Source: an uncultured Candidatus Saccharibacteria bacterium (GTDB lineage Bacteria > Patescibacteriota > Saccharimonadia > Saccharimonadales > JAGQNJ01). From it: a stretch of 64,000 nucleotides of DNA. The notes under the pieces were generated by a model. That model did no database searches. It worked only from the letters and a program-made list of their open reading frames with translations, and was not told the DNA's origin. The stretch lies in assembly GCA_964493895.1 (NCBI GenBank), contig CAZBPY010000003.1, positions 102,146 through 166,145 of the forward strand, in the 5' to 3' direction. Of this stretch, positions 55,539-63,571 are shown one piece after another. Each line of letters opens with the position of its first letter. Position 1 is the stretch's first letter. The translations under genes and the position numbers were made by a program.

Positions 55539-57404
55539 TTAATACAAAGCGGCGGCTCGGGGCATCCGCGAACCTTTGAGTATTTCCAAAACTTCGTCGG
55601 CTTCAACAGTTTCTTTCTTTATCAAAGCGTTTTTAAGCTCTTCTAGTTTGTCCATATTGGCTTTGATGACTTCGCGGGCCCGTTTGGCGGCTTCAGAAAT
55701 CAGTGATTCAATTTCAGCATCAATCAACTTAGCTGTCTCTTCAGAATAACGGCGATCGTGCATGATTTTGTCCATCATCATGCCTTCATCAGTCTGAAAG
55801 ACTTGGTCGCGAAGTTTCTTACCCATACCCTGTTCGGTAATCATATCGCGGGCCAGTTCCGAAGCTTTTTGCAAATCGTTGCCGGCTCCAGTTGTCACCC
55901 GATCAGATCCGTAAACTACTTCTTCGGCCACTCGGCCTCCAAGCATTCGAGCCAGTACGTCTTTAAATTCAATGACACTGTGATAACTTTTGTCTTCCGG
56001 CGGGATGAACCAAGTGACACCGCCAGTGCCACCGCGCGGAATAATGGTAACTTTGTGAACCATGTCACTGTCCGGCAGGACATGGCCGACGATGGCATGG
56101 CCGGCCTCATGGTAGGCCGTTAGTTCTTTCTCTTTTTGGGTCATGACTTTGGATTTGCGCTCGGGTCCAATGGCCACTTTTTCAAAAGCCGCCGTGACGT
56201 CGGACTGGCTAATTTCTTTGCGGTTATGGCGAGCTGCAATAATCGCTGATTCGTTGACGATGTTAGCCAGGTCAGCCCCGGATGTGCCGGCCGTTTTGGC
56301 CGCCAAGGCATCAAGGTCGACTGACTTGGCGAACGGCTTTTTGGCGGCATGGACTTGCAAAATCGCCAAGCGATCCTTGCGGTCGGGCAAAGCAATGTTT
56401 ACCCGGCGGTCAAAACGGCCGGGCCGCAGCAATGCCGGGTCCAAAACATCAGCCCGGTTGGTGGCGGCCAAGACGATCACATTTTGGCCCTGCTCAAACC
56501 CGTCCATCTCAACCAGAATTTGATTCAAAGTCTGCTCTCGCTCGTCATGGCCGCCACCCATACCGCTACCGCGCTTGCGGCCCACGGCATCAATTTCGTC
56601 AACAAAAATAATACACGGAGCATTTTTCTTAGCTTTGGCAAACAAATCGCGCACCCTGGAGGCTCCGACACCGACAAACATTTCTACGAATTCCGAACCG
56701 GAAATACTGAAGAATGGCACTCCGGCCTCGCCGGCCACCGCCCGAGCTAACATAGTCTTACCGGTTCCCGGCGGCCCCACCAATAAGACGCCTTTTGGAA
56801 TCTTGGCGCCGACAGCTTCAAATTTCTTGGGAAACTTCAAAAACTCAACGACTTCTTCCAGGTCTTGCTTGGCTTCATCAGTGCCGGCAATATCCTTAAA
56901 AACCACCTTGTCTTTTTCATTGCCGTACAGCCGAGCTTTGGATTTACCAAAACTCATGGCCTGGTTGCCCTGTCCCTGAGCACTACGCAACATGAAGAAC
57001 AAAAATCCGGTTATCAACAGCACCGGCAGTATCGACAGACCAACATTCAACCAGGTGTTGCCGCTAGTGTTGGCCGGTTTGTTAATAATCTCGACGTCGC
57101 GATTAGTTAGCCCCTGCTCGTAAATACTTGAACCGGACTCTTTGCGCGACTCTTCTGACGGCTGATCTTCGCCCTTTTTGGTAATCGTCAGCTCATCACC
57201 GGTGACGGTAATGCTGCGAATCTGACCTTCGTTGGCTCGGTTAATAACCTCGTTGAAGGGAACTTCTTTGAGATCACTTGGCTGCCGATAAGCCGCGAAG
57301 ACAATCAGTCCGATCAGAATAATCAAAGCCACAAAGCCAAAGCCGCGAAAACCGCGCCGCTTTCCGTAGTCGTTACCACCCTTTTTAAACGGTTTCTTAT
57401 CCAT
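55539..57404 (-). CDS. ftsH: ATP-dependent zinc metalloprotease FtsH
   Basis: [13 protein letters not shown], the SRH region and HEAGHA motifs. Confidence 0.98.
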   Translation of the reverse strand: MDKKPFKKGGNDYGKRRGFRGFGFVALIILIGLIVFAAYRQPSDLKEVPFNEVINRANEGQIRSITVTGDELTITKKGEDQPSEESRKESGSSIYEQGLTNRDVEIINKPANTSGNTWLNVGLSILPVLLITGFLFFMLRSAQGQGNQAMSFGKSKARLYGNEKDKVVFKDIAGTDEAKQDLEEVVEFLKFPKKFEAVGAKIPKGVLLVGPPGTGKTMLARAVAGEAGVPFFSISGSEFVEMFVGVGASRVRDLFAKAKKNAPCIIFVDEIDAVGRKRGSGMGGGHDEREQTLNQILVEMDGFEQGQNVIVLAATNRADVLDPALLRPGRFDRRVNIALPDRKDRLAILQVHAAKKPFAKSVDLDALAAKTAGTSGADLANIVNESAIIAARHNRKEISQSDVTAAFEKVAIGPERKSKVMTQKEKELTAYHEAGHAIVGHVLPDSDMVHKVTIIPRGGTGGVTWFIPPEDKSYHSVIEFKDVLARMLGGRVAEEVVYGSDRVTTGAGNDLQKASELARDMITEQGMGKKLRDQVFQTDEGMMMDKIMHDRRYSEETAKLIDAEIESLISEAAKRAREVIKANMDKLEELKNALIKKETVEADEVLEILKGSRMPRAAALY

Positions 57405-58314
57405 GTAGTTCCCTATTATACCGAAAGCCAGCCGCTTTGCCAGCCAGGCTAATCATGTCTTGGTCAATTATCAAGTCCAGGTCACGACTGACCGACACCT
57501 GCTTTCCGGGAGCCAGAGTCTTTACCCCAACCACTAAATAGTGAACCCGTTTGCGATCAACTTCTTTAACTCCGCTGTCAGCCAGCCAAGCTGCCATCAC
57601 CTCGCAAGCCACAATGTAGGGCAACATAATCAACTTTTGCCTCTGTAAACTTTCACCGACCTTCAATTGTTTTAACTGCCTTTTAATCGCCAAGTCCAAA
57701 GTTTCGTTCCGCTGCCTTGCCGACTCATAGATCGTTGCTAGTTTTTGCCGCTGTTTTCGGCTCAGTTTCGGCAGCACTTTCCGCCTAATCCAATTACGGG
57801 TGTACTTCTCGTCAACATTAGTACTGTCCTCTCGCCACTGCAAGCCTCGCCGCCTGGCCTCGTTAATAATCTCTGACTTGGTGTATCCCAACAGCGGCCG
57901 ATAGATCCTATCAGTCGACTTCAAGGAGCTCATGCCTTTACGTCTGGTTCCCCTTAATGTGTTTAGAGCCAAGGTTTCCACGGCATCATCCTGATGGTGA
58001 GCTGTCATCACCCCTGTCGCTCCATATTTTTTGCGAATTTGTTGCAAATATTTGTACCTGGCCCGCCTAGCTTCCTCCTCGCTAGCCTGTGATCCCAGTT
58101 TTCCTTCACCAAACTCGAATTTTAGTCCATATTTCTGCGACAGTGTCGCAACAAATTGTCTGTCCTCTGTTGAATCTGATCTTATCCCATGGTCAAAGTG
58201 CGCCACAATTAATTCTAACTTCGGATTTTCGGCTAGAAGATCCAACAAAACCGCCGAATCAACCCCACCGGACACGGCTACTACATATTTTCCTGGCTTA
58301 ACTTTCAACTTCAC
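57397..58314 (-). CDS. tilS: tRNA(Ile)-lysidine synthetase
   Basis: VAVSGGVDS PP-loop. 8-nt overlap with ftsH. Confidence 0.9.
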   Translation of the reverse strand: MKLKVKPGKYVVAVSGGVDSAVLLDLLAENPKLELIVAHFDHGIRSDSTEDRQFVATLSQKYGLKFEFGEGKLGSQASEEEARRARYKYLQQIRKKYGATGVMTAHHQDDAVETLALNTLRGTRRKGMSSLKSTDRIYRPLLGYTKSEIINEARRRGLQWREDSTNVDEKYTRNWIRRKVLPKLSRKQRQKLATIYESARQRNETLDLAIKRQLKQLKVGESLQRQKLIMLPYIVACEVMAAWLADSGVKEVDRKRVHYLVVGVKTLAPGKQVSVSRDLDLIIDQDMISLAGKAAGFRYNRELHG

Positions 58315-59032
58315 GTGGTTTCAACTGCCTAAGAGTTGTGGCGATAAATCTGGCTTTTTTTAGGCGACTCTCAAGTTCTTTTCTAACCTTCTTCAGTCCA
58401 TTGCCGTGGATAACCTTATCATATCGACCTGAGTCATGACTACTGTACCGATAGCGATACCTTTGGAACAAGTCCAGATCAGCAATCTGTTGCTCAATTT
58501 CATAACGCTTTAGAACAAACCCATTGATTGCTTGGCTGACTAGCCCGCTGGCAAATACCCGGTTCATTATTAAGCTGCTTCCGCCTTCCGCTATTCCCTC
58601 TGGTAATTCAGGTATTGTTTTTTGCAGCCTTCCGGCGAAAAACTCTCCTCCGCAAGAAGTCACCGACCCCTGCCCCCTTAAGTCCACATCTAGCTGCAAA
58701 ACAGTATGAACATCACCGCCAACTGGAGCCCGATATACTTGCCAGATTGCTCCGATGCTTGAGGCAGTGAGGTCATCGATCCTGGCCTCTAGGCTGATTG
58801 TTGTGACTGCAGATCGACCATCCCCAAACCCGGAAGTTTCATCTAGCAAGACATGGCTGCCATCAGGAAATTCTGCGAACTGCGCAATACATGATGCAGG
58901 AGAAGAAAGATATTCCCTATCTATTTGACACAGTTGTCGAGTTGGCCAAAGTAAAGCTTCGGTCGGTAATCTACCGTTATTCAAGAAAAATGCACCGCTA
59001 GGTGCCTGTGGTTCCAGCTCAGCAATCGTCAT
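58298..59032 (-). CDS. Hypothetical protein, first gene of the tilS-ftsH transcription unit
   Basis: 244-aa ORF overlapping the tilS start by 17 nt. No motif recognised. Confidence 0.45.
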   Translation of the reverse strand: MTIAELEPQAPSGAFFLNNGRLPTEALLWPTRQLCQIDREYLSSPASCIAQFAEFPDGSHVLLDETSGFGDGRSAVTTISLEARIDDLTASSIGAIWQVYRAPVGGDVHTVLQLDVDLRGQGSVTSCGGEFFAGRLQKTIPELPEGIAEGGSSLIMNRVFASGLVSQAINGFVLKRYEIEQQIADLDLFQRYRYRYSSHDSGRYDKVIHGNGLKKVRKELESRLKKARFIATTLRQLKPREVES

Positions 59033-59142
59033 ACTGAGACTCTATTATAACCTCCGTAACCAATAGTCGGCAAGTTGCCAATATTGCCACCTTTCAAACA
59101 GAGGCGAAATGTGCTATATTACATCGGTCGCTATGACAACTT

Positions 59143-59219
59143 GTCGGTGTAGCTCAGTTGGTTAGAGCGCAGGACTCATAAGCCTGAGGTCGTAGGTTCA
59201 ATTCCTACCACCGACACCA
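59143..59219 (+). tRNA. tRNA with CAT anticodon (elongator Met or lysidine-modified Ile2), CCA encoded
   Basis: Acceptor gtcggtg/caccgac fully paired, so not an initiator. Anticodon loop ctCATaa. Confidence 0.85.
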
Positions 59220-59232
59220 TTAGAAATTGAAA

Positions 59233-59257
59233 AGAGGCCTTCGCGGGCCTCTTTATT
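59233..59257. terminator. Bidirectional terminator between the tRNA(CAT) and the KGG gene
   Basis: agaggcc/ggcctct stem with T-runs on both strands. Confidence 0.65.
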
Positions 59258-59259
59258 GT

Positions 59260-59409
59260 TTAACCGGAGCTGCGGCCGCCCTTGCGCCCAGCGCTGCGAG
59301 CCCGGTCCGGGTCATTTTTGAAATTACCGCTGCTGGCTCGTCCGCCCATAGCCGCAATTTCCCGCACCCGCTTCTTACTCATTGATGCAAATCCTCTTTT
59401 TCCTGGCAT
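59260..59409 (-). CDS. KGG-repeat stress-induced small protein (49 aa)
   Basis: Below the track's 60-aa cutoff. Hand translation: MPGKRGFASMSKKRVREIAAMGGRASSGNFKNDPDRARSAGRKGGRSSG. SD aaggaggg lies 4 nt upstream. Confidence 0.7.
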   Translation of the reverse strand: MPGKRGFASMSKKRVREIAAMGGRASSGNFKNDPDRARSAGRKGGRSSG

Positions 59410-59684
59410 GCTCCCTCCTTAGCTTCTTGGTAAGCCTAATAATAGCCCGCCGATTCCCAAGCGCGCTGTGAATTAATTAACTCAATATAGGCGGCCCAGG
59501 CGATTTTAGCCGAAAATCACCTTATCAATGTCTATAATCCGCTGGTCGGCGGTTTCGATTGTTTCATATTCTAGATCTGTCATGGTGATGCCCTTTGTTT
59601 TACTGTTTGTTTGCTTTACAGCTGCATATTATTATACACATTTTTGTATATTTAGCAAGTACTTTTTGTGCGATATTTTCCTCA

Positions 59685-59713
59685 TTGACAGCCGCACCCC
59701 TGTTTGCTAGTAT
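59685..59713 (+). promoter_or_regulatory. Promoter TTGACA-N17-TAGTAT upstream of tRNA-fMet
   Basis: Perfect -35 box with 17-nt spacing. The tRNA starts 24 nt after the -10 box. Confidence 0.6.
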
Positions 59714-59736
59714 ATAATTTGCTTTACCAGCAACGG

Positions 59737-59811
59737 CGCGGGGTGGAGCAGCGGCAGCTCGCGTGGCTCATAACCACGAGGTCGCAGGTTCGAGTCCTGC
59801 CCCCGCAACCA
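59737..59811 (+). tRNA. Initiator tRNA-fMet(CAT), CCA encoded
   Basis: cgcgggg...ccccgcaacca with a C1-A72 mismatch. Close to the E. coli initiator sequence as I recall it. Confidence 0.9.
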
Positions 59812-59832
59812 GATTGGACACCCAACAGAGAT

Positions 59833-59864
59833 AGACCGGTTCCCTAGACCGGTCTTCTTTATTT
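59833..59864 (+). terminator. Terminator after tRNA-fMet
   Basis: agaccgg/ccggtct stem followed by a T-rich tract. Confidence 0.55.
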
Positions 59865-59889
59865 ACTTCTTACAAGCTCTCCCCCGTTC

Positions 59890-59906
59890 GCTAGTTCGAG
59901 TCTAGC
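59890..59906 (+). other. Orphan tRNA T-arm-like hairpin resembling the 3' end of tRNA-fMet
   Basis: gctag-ttcgagt-ctagc followed by cccc. Compare ttcgagtcctgcccccgca in the tRNA. An inverted partial copy ggctcgaacc lies at 59926-59935. Confidence 0.5.
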
Positions 59907-60198
59907 CCCCTTTAGGATAATTAACGGCTCGAACCGCCCTGTTTGTTGTTAAAGCGACTCTCATCTTCTTGGGTGGTTCCATCTGTGTCCACTCCTTATA
60001 TAGGGATTGGACACCTCAGAACCTGACCGGGTTCCATGACCCCGACAGTTTGAGGCTAGACTTGCTAAGCATAAGTATTTGTGATATTGTATTGGACATG
60101 AAAGCAATTTCACTATCAGCACAGAACTTTTTTATGGTCTCAACAACAGGAGGCCTTGCTAACTTTACGCAATAAACTTAAGCAAACAACACAATCAC

Positions 60199-60221
60199 AA
60201 GCCTCCGAACGGAGGCTTTTT
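60199..60221 (+). terminator. Rho-independent terminator 22 nt upstream of the PheRS-like gene
   Basis: aagcctcc-gaac-ggaggctt followed by TTTTT. Confidence 0.75.
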
Positions 60222-60243
60222 AAATGTAACCAGGAGAAACACC

Positions 60244-61380
60244 ATGAAAATGTACATAAAACCATTAACCAAACAAAAGCTAGCTGAGTATCTGGCATTG
60301 CCAGATTTAACCCAGCCCGGGCAAGAGCATGCGGTGGGCATGCTCTATCAGAGAATTGAAAACCAAATGAAAGCTTCACATCCTGAGTCGGATGTCCAGG
60401 TGCATCGGAAGAACCCGATCGTATTGGTGACCGACAACTATGACCGATTGCTGATTAGTTCCGATAATATTAGTCGTTCCTCGACATATACGCACTACGT
60501 AGATCAAACACATATATTGCAAACGCATACATCGGCTCAGATTCCAGCGTTACTGAAAGCATTGGCTAAAGATTCATCTTGGGACGATGTAGTATTGCTC
60601 CTACCTGGGCTTGCCTATCGGCGCGATGTAACAGATAAGAAGCATGTTGGCCAAGTGCATATGCTGGAGATGTGGCGAATCGTCAGAAATGGCAAACGCA
60701 AAAAGATCGTTAAAGATGATCTTTTGAAGATTGTGCATGATGTAGCGAATGTAGCAGCACCCGGATGGCGTCTACGAATCATTGACTCCCCTCACCCCTA
60801 CACACGAGGCGGCATTGAAGTCAACGCAGTTCAGGGCGACCGAGATATCGAAATCTTGGAATGTGGCCTCATTAACGACCAGATTTTGAAGAATGCCGGC
60901 TTAAACCCTAAAGAATATTCGGGGTGGGCGCTCGGTATGGGACTCGATCGTTTAGTAATGACCCTGAAAGATATTCCAGATATTCGTTATCTGCGCTCCA
61001 AAAACCCTAAGATTGCGGCGCAAATGAAAGATCTAGAACTTTACAAGGAAGTTTCGAACCAGCCAGCCATACAACGCGACATGTCGTATAGCGTACCTCA
61101 GGAGTATGTTGAGGAAGACGTGAGTGAGGAAATTCGTGAATCGCTCGGCAGTTATGCAGATGTGCTTGAAAGTGTTGAGATTCTAGGCGAAACACTATAT
61201 GCGAAGCTGCCCGACATTGCTCGAACAAAGTTAGGTATAAAGCCAGGCCAGAAAAACATACTAGTACGTGTTACGCTCAGGCATCTTGAGAAAACACTAA
61301 CAAAACAGGACGCAAACAATATGTATAAACGCATATATAGCCATGTAAATTATGGCTCAGCGGGCTATTTGTGGTGGTGA
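60244..61380 (+). CDS. Single-chain PheRS-like class II aminoacyl-tRNA synthetase core fused to a C-terminal FDX-ACB-like domain
   Basis: SD aggag. Motif 2-like LAYRRDVTDKKHVGQVHMLEMW. Motif 3-like GWALGMGLDRLVMTLKDIPDIR. The C-terminal roughly 95 aa begin PAIQRDMSYSVP and include LVRVTLRHLEKTLTKQD. Confidence 0.7.
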   Translation: MKMYIKPLTKQKLAEYLALPDLTQPGQEHAVGMLYQRIENQMKASHPESDVQVHRKNPIVLVTDNYDRLLISSDNISRSSTYTHYVDQTHILQTHTSAQIPALLKALAKDSSWDDVVLLLPGLAYRRDVTDKKHVGQVHMLEMWRIVRNGKRKKIVKDDLLKIVHDVANVAAPGWRLRIIDSPHPYTRGGIEVNAVQGDRDIEILECGLINDQILKNAGLNPKEYSGWALGMGLDRLVMTLKDIPDIRYLRSKNPKIAAQMKDLELYKEVSNQPAIQRDMSYSVPQEYVEEDVSEEIRESLGSYADVLESVEILGETLYAKLPDIARTKLGIKPGQKNILVRVTLRHLEKTLTKQDANNMYKRIYSHVNYGSAGYLWW

Positions 61381-61386
61381 GGAGGT

Positions 61387-62286
61387 CTAGCTAATGTTTT
61401 CTGACTCCCACTCTAACCATTCATCGACGACTTTGGGTAACTCTTTTGTCTGCATCAACGGTTTGCCACGAGAAGACCGAGCATAGCCCAGTTTCCAGAC
61501 TACATTCCTAATATCTTCGATGATCACAAAGGCGGCTACAGCTTGTTCATCTTCTTGGCTAAACTCCCTAACAGAGCGGTAGCCTTCAAGCCATGTCTTG
61601 AATCTATCCTCTGCAGCTTTGAGTACACCCCACGGCTCTGCAGCTCGCCAAGACTTAGCCGCACTATCAAAATCAAAAACAACCAACTTACCATCATGCA
61701 AGTGCACGTTATCAAGCGTTAAATCGTTATGGATAATTCCATAGTTGAGCTTTGGATTACTTACAATCTTTCGCATACGCTCGGTCAGATCAAATACTCT
61801 TTGCCACTCGCCACTTTCTTCTAAAGGTTTCTTCATCCGTTTAAGCTGATCGTCGAAAAGTTCGTGTTTATCAAACTCTTCACGAGGTAAGTCTGACGTA
61901 AACGTATCGGCAGCATTGTGTATGCGAGCAGCCGCTTCTCCAATTAAAGTATAGGTACTAAGTTCTGGTTTGGGTTTTTCGCCTGGTGCCCACTCAAACA
62001 AAACAGCGACTCGATCTTGTTCATCAATACTAAACGTCTGTAAGTAGTTACCGTCTGTACCAGCAACAAGTTGAGCGACTGGAGCACCGTTTTCAATGAG
62101 GTGCAGTGTTAGATCAACCTCCCACTGTATTTCTCCAGACTTTCGGGCAGTTGCGTTATACACCTTCAAGGCAAAGTGCCCGTCAGAAGTCACCACTTCA
62201 TACGAATCGTTAGCCAGAGTATTAAGGTTCTTACACTTTGGGTTTGCTAAACCATAGCTCTTGGTTAGTTGTTCTTCAATTGTCAT
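61387..62286 (-). CDS. APH/choline-kinase-fold phosphotransferase
   Basis: IIHNDLTLDNV (HxDxxxxN) and VVFDFDSA (DxD) motifs. Confidence 0.75.
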   Translation of the reverse strand: MTIEEQLTKSYGLANPKCKNLNTLANDSYEVVTSDGHFALKVYNATARKSGEIQWEVDLTLHLIENGAPVAQLVAGTDGNYLQTFSIDEQDRVAVLFEWAPGEKPKPELSTYTLIGEAAARIHNAADTFTSDLPREEFDKHELFDDQLKRMKKPLEESGEWQRVFDLTERMRKIVSNPKLNYGIIHNDLTLDNVHLHDGKLVVFDFDSAAKSWRAAEPWGVLKAAEDRFKTWLEGYRSVREFSQEDEQAVAAFVIIEDIRNVVWKLGYARSSRGKPLMQTKELPKVVDEWLEWESENIS

Positions 62287-62343
62287 GTACCAATAATACA
62301 GTAAAGCGTTAAGTGCTTGCTTTCGCGCCCGAATTACCTCTGT

Positions 62344-62349
62344 TATACT
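62344..62349 (+). promoter_or_regulatory. -10 box TATACT, 6 nt before ATG 62356
   Basis: gtTATACTtaaatcATG. No SD. Confidence 0.45.
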
Positions 62350-62355
62350 TAAATC

Positions 62356-62880
62356 ATGAGTGATGTTGTCGTAGGATATCCGGATATATCAAAATCTGAT
62401 TACGATTGGATCCAAAATATTCGTAAGGTACATGATAAGCAATTTAGTTTGCTCCAACCACACTTCACCTTTGTGTTCCCCACAGATAAATTACCAATTG
62501 ATGAGCTTGCGAGTCATGTCGAAGTAAGGGTTAGTGGCACGCCAGTAGTAGAATTTAAGTTGACTAAGGCGGTTGTAATAGAAGATGCTTCCAAAGCCTC
62601 TTCGTATATCTTCCTAGTGCCATCAGAAGGCAGTGACGAAATCAATAAATTACACGACGAACTTTACAAAGATAAATTAGCTAGTGAACTACGACTAGAT
62701 CTTCCTTTTATGCCCCATGTCACCATTGGAACGGGTAGTCATGAGAGTATGGAAGATCTTGCTAAAAGCCTAAATGAGCAGGGAATAAACATCGCTGGCG
62801 TCATCAGTGCTTTATCTGTTGCTAGCTATGACGGTCAGCATGTGACTGAATTTCGACGACTTGAATTGGCTAGTCAGTAG
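62356..62880 (+). CDS. 2H phosphoesterase superfamily protein (LigT / 2'-5' RNA ligase-like)
   Basis: Two HxT motifs: PHFTFVF and PHVTIGT. Confidence 0.65.
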   Translation: MSDVVVGYPDISKSDYDWIQNIRKVHDKQFSLLQPHFTFVFPTDKLPIDELASHVEVRVSGTPVVEFKLTKAVVIEDASKASSYIFLVPSEGSDEINKLHDELYKDKLASELRLDLPFMPHVTIGTGSHESMEDLAKSLNEQGINIAGVISALSVASYDGQHVTEFRRLELASQ

Positions 62881-62899
62881 GTTCAGAGCTTTAATAGGC

Positions 62900-62905
62900 T
62901 ATAAT
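62900..62905 (+). promoter_or_regulatory. -10 box TATAAT, 6 nt before ATG 62912
   Basis: ggcTATAATttaactATG. No SD. Confidence 0.45.
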
Positions 62906-62911
62906 TTAACT

Positions 62912-63571
62912 ATGAAACTCTTACTCACCTCAGCAGGCATCGTTAACGATTCTATCGCCAAAGCTCTGTTTGATATGGTTGGCAAGAAGCCAGAGGAACT
63001 GAAAGTTGCTTTTATTCCCACCGCCGCAAATGTAGAAGAGGGCAATAAGGTTGACTGGTTCTTTCGTCAGTACGAAGATTTGCGGCGAATTGGCATAACC
63101 TGGGTAGACATGGTTGATTTTGCCGATCAAGATGTAGACTGGAAAGCCCGGCTCGACGAGTGCGACGTCTTATATCTGACGGGTGGCAACACTTTCTATT
63201 TACTCGATCAGATCAGGAACCAGGGATTTGGTGATTATCTAGAGAAAGTATTGGATTCAAAGGCATATGTTGGTGGCAGTGCCAGCTCCATAACCATGAC
63301 ACCAAATATAGAAGTGGCTGCGATACCTCCGGGCGACCCCAACCTACCGGGGCTTACTGATTTAACAGGACTGAGTTATGTTGACTTTGAAATTGAGCCG
63401 CACTGTGACGAGCCACGGTTTGATACCGTCAAACAGTATTCTAAAGACCATAACAGTAAGATCTATGCTATAGACGACCAAACTGCTATTAGCGTCATAA
63501 ACGGTGAAGTATCGGTAGTTTCTGAAGGCAAGTGGGCTCTGTACGACAAAGGCTCTGCAGCTGAGGCCTAA
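62912..63571 (+). CDS. Peptidase S51 (dipeptidase E-like)
   Basis: MKLLLTSAG, LYLTGGNTFYLL and GGSASS motifs. Start taken at ATG 62912. Confidence 0.7.
   Translation: MKLLLTSAGIVNDSIAKALFDMVGKKPEELKVAFIPTAANVEEGNKVDWFFRQYEDLRRIGITWVDMVDFADQDVDWKARLDECDVLYLTGGNTFYLLDQIRNQGFGDYLEKVLDSKAYVGGSASSITMTPNIEVAAIPPGDPNLPGLTDLTGLSYVDFEIEPHCDEPRFDTVKQYSKDHNSKIYAIDDQTAISVINGEVSVVSEGKWALYDKGSAAEA

Noticed and set aside
59500-59592. Possible 25-codon minus-strand ORF (MTDLEYETIETADQRIIDIDKVIFG)
   Set aside because: It is too short, with a weak ribosome-binding site and nothing to compare it with. It cannot be supported from the sequence alone.
59965-59985. T-box riboswitch signature (ttGGGTGGTtCC) upstream of the PheRS-like gene
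   Set aside because: It resembles GGGUGGNACC but lies about 220 nt upstream of the terminator. It has no adjacent antiterminator geometry and no recognisable Stem I or specifier loop.
59528-60379. Track ORFs 59528-59710 (+), 59969-60175 (+, TTG start) and 60140-60379 (-)
   Set aside because: No SD. They have implausible Cys/Phe-rich or low-complexity translations. They overlap promoter, terminator and leader elements or the start of the PheRS-like gene.
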